Shown: piece after piece, positions 58,067 to 64,000 of the stretch
Layout: each line of letters starts with the position of its first letter
Numbering within the stretch: the first letter of the stretch is position 1
The notes under the pieces: model-generated
Seen by the model: the letters and a program-made list of their open reading frames with translations, nothing else
Told to the model about the DNA's origin: nothing
Databases searched by the model: none
Source: Candidatus Hadarchaeota archaeon
Lineage (GTDB): Archaea; CAYQAE01; CAYVLA01
Length of the DNA: 64,000 nucleotides
NCBI GenBank assembly: GCA_964452145.1
Contig: CAYVLA010000003.1
Coordinates: 1-64,000, forward strand
Direction of reading: 5' to 3'
Program-made: the position numbers and the translations under genes

Positions 58067-58198
58067 TAGCCCGGTACGGATTTCCGGCCGTGAATTGGCA
58101 TTCGAACCGCAGTCCACGGATCTCCCCGAATCGAGTTCACCAGAGTCCGTGATGCTTTCGTGGAGGGCTAGTGCCCTTGACCACTACACCACCGGGCT
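58067..58198 (-). tRNA. tRNA-Gln(CUG) with three introns (D-loop 21 nt, 58158-58178; 37/38 18 nt, 58122-58139; 59/60 20 nt, 58081-58100)
   Basis: Splicing yields 73-nt AGCCCGGTGGTGTAGTGGTCAAGCATCACGGACTCTGGATCCGTGGACTGCGGTTCGAATCCGTACCGGGCTA; each insert forms a 3-4-3 bulge-helix-bulge-like motif. Confidence 0.93.
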
Positions 58199-58520
58199 AT
58201 GCGCAAGACCCACTTTGGCCCGCCTTGTCTCTTAACTATTTCCTGCCAAGCTGCCAAGCCCCTAGCCCATCACAACCCGCTGCACGGGTCCGGGCTTCTT
58301 CAGGCATTTTCACAGGGAGATGGGCATACCGGGCTGGTAGTATTGGAATCAAATGGACTAGGCCCCGGCGAAGAGTCTTCCACGTGACAATCGCCATTCA
58401 CGCGACAGCCAAGTCGGGGCGCGAAGGCTTAGGGCGAACCACAAGCGGGAGGCCCACTCTCACTCTTCCCTAAGAAAGAGATATTAGACATATGCCGCCT
58501 TCCGGGCACAGAGGGATAGC

Positions 58521-59546
58521 TTGGCGAAGATGAAGTGGGCCAACCTGGTTACTCCGACCGAGATAGTGATCGAGGAGGCAGAGATTCCCGTCCCCGGGCC
58601 CGGCGAGGTGCAGGTGAAGATTGCGGTCTGCGGCGTCTGCGGATCCGATGTTCATGCCTATCACGGGAAGCACCCGTTCGTGAAGACCCCGATAGTCCCC
58701 GGGCACGAATTCTCTGGCAAGGTCTCACAGCTGGGAAAGGGCGTCACCGGTTTCGCACCAGGGGACAGAGTCGTCGTGGAGCCCTCACTAACCTGCGGCA
58801 AGTGTTACAACTGCCGCAACGGCCTCTACAATATCTGCACGGAGCTCAGAGTCCTAGGTTGTCAGGCGGCCGGGGCGTTTGCCCAGTACATCTCGGTTCC
58901 AGCCAGCAAGGTCTACAAGATGCCAAAGGGGATGGACTTTGACGATGGCGCGCTTGTTGAGCCCGCTGCCGTTGGGGTACACGCGGTGAGAAAGAGCGAG
59001 CTGGGTCTTGGAGACCGCGTGGTCGTCCTAGGTGAAGGGGTCATAGGCCTCATGATAGCCCAGGCGGCCCGCGCGGCGGGCGCCGGCGAGATCATCGTGG
59101 CGGGCCATCACTCCGAGAGGCTCGCCGTGGCCAAGAAGCTGGGTGCCGATGTTGTCTACAAGGCCGGCGATACCGTCAAGTTCATCAGGGACCGCTATGG
59201 CCCGGATGGGATAGACATAGTCTACGAGGCAGTCGGCGTGGGCGCCGCCATCAACGAAGCGATCGACATCGTGCGGAAGGGGGCGAAAGTGATCGTGGTC
59301 GGCGTCTTCGGCGAGCACCCAGTCACAAAGGTCGGACTGATTCAGGACAAGGAGATCGACATGCGTGGAAGCCTGATGTACGTCAACACGGACTACCCGC
59401 GAACCCTTGACCTCATCTCATCCGGAAGGATACAGACCAAACCCCTTATCACTGCAAGGTTCCCGCTCGAGCGGGTCGCGGACGCCTTCGATCTAATCCG
59501 CGAGAAGAGGGGCGAGATGCTCAAGGTCCTTTTGGACATATCCTGA
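58521..59546 (+). CDS. Zn-dependent medium-chain dehydrogenase (sugar alcohol/threonine dehydrogenase-like)
   Basis: CGSDVH, GHEFSG, CGKCYNC...C, GEGVIG. Confidence 0.93.
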   Translation: MAKMKWANLVTPTEIVIEEAEIPVPGPGEVQVKIAVCGVCGSDVHAYHGKHPFVKTPIVPGHEFSGKVSQLGKGVTGFAPGDRVVVEPSLTCGKCYNCRNGLYNICTELRVLGCQAAGAFAQYISVPASKVYKMPKGMDFDDGALVEPAAVGVHAVRKSELGLGDRVVVLGEGVIGLMIAQAARAAGAGEIIVAGHHSERLAVAKKLGADVVYKAGDTVKFIRDRYGPDGIDIVYEAVGVGAAINEAIDIVRKGAKVIVVGVFGEHPVTKVGLIQDKEIDMRGSLMYVNTDYPRTLDLISSGRIQTKPLITARFPLERVADAFDLIREKRGEMLKVLLDIS

Positions 59547-59666
59547 TGCGGTTTTCCCGATGCGGGTTGCGCGCGGAATGCGCGCTGTGCAGGATCCGTC
59601 CGCTCTTGGGTTAGGCCGGGACAAGCGTCCCCGTAGGGGGCTCGCTCACGATCAGGCATCCGCCCT

Positions 59667-62600
59667 TCACTTGCCTCGAATCAACCTTGCCGCGGACGCG
59701 ACTGCGAGGCAGCCCACCACGATGGCTAGGAATGCCATCGGCAAGATGCTTGCCGGCATCCCGACGACTCCCATCTCGCCTCCGGGCTCCGGCCGGGATA
59801 CTTCGGGTCCAAATCTGGATGGAACCTCGCCCTTGACCTCGAAGCGAGGCCCGGCCGCCTCGGTCCTCACGTTGGGCTTGTAGTAGGAGTAGGCCTTGCT
59901 GGTCCCTCCCAGTGCCTTGACCGGGAACAAGGCCAGGATGCTGAACTTGATCCGGATCTCCCGTCCTCTCTCAAGATCGTCCACGTAGAAGATGACCTTG
60001 CGCCCGGCCACCTCGACCCTGCTCGCAAGGCCCTGGGACACGACCTCATCCAGCGTGGACTGGACCGGCACGAAACCAGTGGGCACGGCTATGTCCAGGA
60101 TCATCATGCCCGTCGAGTTGTACAGCCCGTTGTACCTCACGCGTGCCACCACCTCCACTATGTCGTTGACGGCGGCGTTTGTCGTGTTGTACTCCACACC
60201 CAGGAAGAACTCGGGGTTTGCGGCGACCTCTCCCGGGATGTTGAACCGTTTGGCCAGCTGGAATAGCACCTTCCCCTCACCGCTCATCTGTAGCTCGAGT
60301 TCCCTTGCACCCAGAGGTATTCCGACGATCTGCAGCACGTCGAAGTTGGACTCAGTCAACTCGATCCTGGCCAGGGTCGTGCCGTCGACCACCACGTCGA
60401 TGGCCGAGTTGATGTTACGGGACTGCAGCCTCGCAGCCGTCATGAGTGCCTTGAGTGCCATCACCGTGTCCTGCGTGCTTGAGAACCCTCCCAAGGAATT
60501 TCTCTGGGAGGCGATCCATCGGATGGCCGACTCCGCCTCGGACCTCTCCTCAAGCATCAAGGCGAGGGCCGCATACGCTGTGGTCTCTATGGCGTTTGAT
60601 CTCTCCTGCCCGGAACTCCAGTACATGCCGTTCTCATCGGTTCGAGCTTTCTCCAGAAGCCTTGATACGGCTTCCTCTGCCTTCGGCGATCCGACCTTCT
60701 CCAGCAGGAGCGAGCTCACCGCCAGTGCGTAGACATCGTCTCCGTCCAGTGCGTGCTCCTCTAGGTAAGCTATGGCTTTGGCCAGTGACGCGTCGCCGGA
60801 AGAGTCACCGTAGTCGGCAAGCGCGATGGCGACGAAGGCCGTCAAGGCCGACTTTGCCTCAGGGTTCAGACCACCCATCATCTCCCGGTGGCACACGAAT
60901 CCTACCGGGCTCCACGAACCGTTCGAGTTCTGATGGGACTCGATCCACTGTACTGCCTGGGCGAGAACCGTCTCATCGATGCTGAGCACCTCCCTTGCTT
61001 CACTGAACACGTCAAGCACGAAGGCCGTCAGCCAAAGACTCCCCTCCTGATCGCTCTGGCCAAAGGCCGAGAAGGAGCCATCATTTCTGCGGAAGGTCAG
61101 CTCCCTCTGGTATCCGGTGATGAGGAAGTGCTCGGCCTTAGCCCTGATCTCGGGGACGATCTGGCCGGTTGAGTCCAGGTATCTGAGTATCTCAAGATCG
61201 GGTGCCATGAACATCATGTTCTGTTCGCCGCAGCCGAAGGGAATGCCCAGAAGATCCTCCACACCGTTGATCGTCTGGCCCACCAAGCTGGGAGTGATGC
61301 TTAGAAGGATCCTGCCCGAGTCCTCAATAATCCCATCGGGGAGGGAGAGGTCGAACTTTCTCGGTTCGGTCTGTGTGATGAATCCGTTTTGCACGATCTC
61401 CCTGGGCGTGCCCTCGGCCTCGATCAGGATATCCCTTCTAACCGCGTCGGCCCTCTCATTGGTGCGGGCCGTGATCTCCAACTTGAACTGCCCGATTCTG
61501 GTCGGACGTATAGTGAACGCAACCGCAGCCACGGAGTTCCCCGGAACTACGCCCACCTTGACCCTCTCATCCAGTAGCTCGAACCAGGCATCGTGGGCTA
61601 TTTCGACCTGCACGGTCTGGCTTGTGGCTAGGTAGTTGTAGATCTGCACGATGACCGGGAACTCCTCACCCCGTGTTACGGCGTAGGGCAGATCGGGTTC
61701 GACGAAGAAGTCCTGAAAGACCTTCAGGGAGGTCTCGGCGATCCCTATCCCTTCCTGGCTGGAAGAGACTGCGTGAAGTCGCCAGGTCGTTATGGAATCC
61801 GGAACATCGAGCCGGATCGTGGCGTGTCCCGTGGGATCGGTCAGCAGGCTCGGGTTCCAGTACCAGGTTTCGGGGAAGAACTGCCTCACCCTCTGGACCT
61901 CCGCCAATCCCTGGCCACCCGACGTCGTCGGGTACTGCTGGTTTGCATCCTTCGCTGCTTCGGCCAAGACATCGATGCCGCCCCCTCGGAAGCGGATGAA
62001 CCAGCTGGCACTCCCCTCGGGGATGTCTATGGACTTCGACGTTATCACCTGAACTCCGGCATCGTCGAAGACGTCCTTTGCCCCCATGGTCACAGGTCCC
62101 CACCAGAAGGGGCCCCCCTCAGGGTGGGCTTCGGCTTGGGGGGCCATGAAGATCTTCTCAAGCTCGTCGAAGATCTGCCTGAGGTTCAGCCTTCCCTCGT
62201 TCAGGGCGTAAACCGACTCGTCCACGACCGATATGCCTATCATGGTGGCTATTCCGGAACTCGATTGTAGGTCTATGACCACGCTTTCACCAGGAGCGGA
62301 GGTCTCCGCAGAGAAGGAGGCGGATAAAGTCACCCCGGTTTCAAGACCGACGTCGAAGGGAAGTGAATCGGCCGACACTTCATTATTGGGGTTGATCACG
62401 TAGGCCACGAGCTTGGCCTTGGGAACCATCTTCGGGGTCACCTTGAACGAGATGTATCTCCCCGTCGTGAATCCTGAGTAGACCGTCCTGCCGCCCGCCA
62501 CCACGTCGTAGTACACAGTTCTCTTCGAGGTGCTAAGGACTTCGAAGGTCACCGAGTCGCCGACGCGGACCTCGCCCGGAGAGCTCTGCTTGATGTGGAC

Positions 62601-63926
62601 GAAGTAGCCAGCCGGAGAATAGGCACTCCTCAGCGAGATCTCGACCTGGGCGCCGTCCTCCTTGACAGAGGCCGCCAGATTCGCCGAGGCGCACTTCCCG
62701 GGCACATTGAGGTCGGCCATCGCAATCCCCTTGAACGTTGTTACCTCCCTCTCCTCGCTGCTCGTGCTCCCGTCATCCATGTAGTAGGTGGCGGTGAGCT
62801 GGACCCTCTTGTCCAGGGGTTCGCCCCCAGGAGTCTCGGTTACGATTAGCACATCTAGGGGAAGGCCGGGCTTGATGATCTCGCCGGAGGGTATGATCTG
62901 CACGACGGTGGGAGAACCCGCTATCTTCAAAAGCTGGGAATCCCTTTCCTCGTGCCCGGATCCATCGATGACGGAGACGTTCAGGATCACCGATCCCAGG
63001 CCGCCCGAGCCCACGGTTCCAACCAGGTAGCCCACCCGGGGTATCTCGAACTGGACGGCTCCGCCGGAGAGCTGGCCTCTGAAGGTCGCAAACTCCTCCC
63101 ATTGGGCAACGTACTTGTACGCCCGGACCTCAACCATCCCGTCCACGGGCTTGCCAAAGAAGTAGTTCGCTCTTACCTCACCGGCGATGCTCTCATCCAC
63201 GAGGAACCAGTCGCGGGGCATCACGACCTCGATGCCGAACTTCGGCAAGACGTACTTCTCGACCCTGATGTCGACCGTTGCCATGCCGGTTGGGGCATTG
63301 GCCGTTATCTTCCAGGTCCCCAGGTTCAGCTCGTCAGCCAGTGCCAGATCGAAGCTGGCTACACCGTAGGAATCTGTGGTCAGCTCCTTTCTGAAGATCT
63401 TCACCCCCTTCGAATCCGAGATCGACAGGTTCAATCCAACCGATACCGGCTTGAGGTCGGCGTTCAGGGCAAGAACCCTGCCGTGAATGGTCTGGCCGGG
63501 CTTGTAGATCGGCTTGTCGGTTTCTATCAGCAGGGTCAAGGCATCGGCAACGACGATATCCCCTCTTATCGACTCGCCGTTTCCCGGGGAGGTGAGCACA
63601 AAGCTGTACGCCCCCTTGTCCACCGGGGGTACGTGAAATCGCGCGATTAGATGTCCGTCGGGACCTGTTCTGCCTTCGAAGACTTTGATCCCCTGACCCG
63701 TGTCCCCGGCCTTGACCAGGCTCAGCACTATCTGTCTATCGATGGGCTTCCCGGTTCCGGATGAGAAGGAGCTCACGCTGACCGAGGACTCCGTGCCGAG
63801 GTAGAGCTTCTTCGGCGCCAGCACGATGTACTCGGCTGACGCGGGATCCCCCAGTATCAGCGCGGGGGACAGCATCTGGGCAAACAACACGATCGGTACG
63901 ACGATGGATATCTTCCGGCGTCTCAT
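59667..63926 (-). CDS. Alpha-2-macroglobulin / thioester-containing protein with signal peptide and C-terminal membrane anchor
   Basis: TDKPIYKPGQT, YVLPKF, FFPETWYW, VPDSITTW, PFGCGEQNM, DGSFSAFG, WLTAFV, GGFSSTQDT. Confidence 0.95.
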   Translation of the reverse strand: MRRRKISIVVPIVLFAQMLSPALILGDPASAEYIVLAPKKLYLGTESSVSVSSFSSGTGKPIDRQIVLSLVKAGDTGQGIKVFEGRTGPDGHLIARFHVPPVDKGAYSFVLTSPGNGESIRGDIVVADALTLLIETDKPIYKPGQTIHGRVLALNADLKPVSVGLNLSISDSKGVKIFRKELTTDSYGVASFDLALADELNLGTWKITANAPTGMATVDIRVEKYVLPKFGIEVVMPRDWFLVDESIAGEVRANYFFGKPVDGMVEVRAYKYVAQWEEFATFRGQLSGGAVQFEIPRVGYLVGTVGSGGLGSVILNVSVIDGSGHEERDSQLLKIAGSPTVVQIIPSGEIIKPGLPLDVLIVTETPGGEPLDKRVQLTATYYMDDGSTSSEEREVTTFKGIAMADLNVPGKCASANLAASVKEDGAQVEISLRSAYSPAGYFVHIKQSSPGEVRVGDSVTFEVLSTSKRTVYYDVVAGGRTVYSGFTTGRYISFKVTPKMVPKAKLVAYVINPNNEVSADSLPFDVGLETGVTLSASFSAETSAPGESVVIDLQSSSGIATMIGISVVDESVYALNEGRLNLRQIFDELEKIFMAPQAEAHPEGGPFWWGPVTMGAKDVFDDAGVQVITSKSIDIPEGSASWFIRFRGGGIDVLAEAAKDANQQYPTTSGGQGLAEVQRVRQFFPETWYWNPSLLTDPTGHATIRLDVPDSITTWRLHAVSSSQEGIGIAETSLKVFQDFFVEPDLPYAVTRGEEFPVIVQIYNYLATSQTVQVEIAHDAWFELLDERVKVGVVPGNSVAAVAFTIRPTRIGQFKLEITARTNERADAVRRDILIEAEGTPREIVQNGFITQTEPRKFDLSLPDGIIEDSGRILLSITPSLVGQTINGVEDLLGIPFGCGEQNMMFMAPDLEILRYLDSTGQIVPEIRAKAEHFLITGYQRELTFRRNDGSFSAFGQSDQEGSLWLTAFVLDVFSEAREVLSIDETVLAQAVQWIESHQNSNGSWSPVGFVCHREMMGGLNPEAKSALTAFVAIALADYGDSSGDASLAKAIAYLEEHALDGDDVYALAVSSLLLEKVGSPKAEEAVSRLLEKARTDENGMYWSSGQERSNAIETTAYAALALMLEERSEAESAIRWIASQRNSLGGFSSTQDTVMALKALMTAARLQSRNINSAIDVVVDGTTLARIELTESNFDVLQIVGIPLGARELELQMSGEGKVLFQLAKRFNIPGEVAANPEFFLGVEYNTTNAAVNDIVEVVARVRYNGLYNSTGMMILDIAVPTGFVPVQSTLDEVVSQGLASRVEVAGRKVIFYVDDLERGREIRIKFSILALFPVKALGGTSKAYSYYKPNVRTEAAGPRFEVKGEVPSRFGPEVSRPEPGGEMGVVGMPASILPMAFLAIVVGCLAVASAARLIRGK

Positions 63927-64000
63927 GCACTCAACTCGTCAGAGTTGTCTTTGGCCCCATACGGGCAGGCGACTCACGATACCCCGATGAGGTGAAACGA

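Noticed and set aside
58052..58117. N-terminal extension of ORF 57434-58117
   Set aside because: Overlaps the tRNA-Gln gene; the GTG at 58051 is the more plausible start
58327..58335. taccgggct matching the tRNA-Gln end (possible att site)
   Set aside because: Only 9 bp and no integrase nearby; compatible with chance
1..64000. CRISPR arrays, transposases, integrases, rRNA
   Set aside because: No repeat-spacer periodicity or recognisable motifs for these were seen

Overview
GC-rich archaeal chromosomal window; the lineage cannot be fixed from sequence alone, though multi-intron tRNAs and a loop-bearing splicing endonuclease are TACK-like traits. Housekeeping blocks include hisA/hisB, endA, ABCE1, a NitT/TauT-type ABC importer, the L7Ae-S28e-L24e-ndk-infB-S6e-eIF2gamma-PIN-rpoE-spt4-DUF359-S24e superoperon, a clustered archaeal-type (AcnX/UbiD) mevalonate pathway, a Hef-like helicase and nadX-nadA-nadC. 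The most unusual element is a ~14 kb cell-envelope locus (1000-15392). Its centre is a ~2090-aa protein fusing a MacB/FtsX ABC permease, about 11 extracellular Ig-like repeats and a GT-C-type glycosyltransferase. It is flanked by a partner permease and ATPase, a polyprenol-P GT2, an ArnD-like deacylase, an ArnE/F-like small membrane protein, a GT4, a UDP-sugar dehydrogenase and an archaeosortase. Also found by hand: tRNA-Gln(CUG) with three BHB introns, tRNA-Pro(CGG) with two non-canonical introns, a membrane-anchored metazoan-like thioester protein (GCGEQ plus downstream His), a PIN gene split at a U-UUU-UUA heptamer, an eIF2gamma gene lacking a canonical start codon, and an unannotated 27-aa membrane peptide. 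All family assignments come from motif recognition by eye, not database searches.
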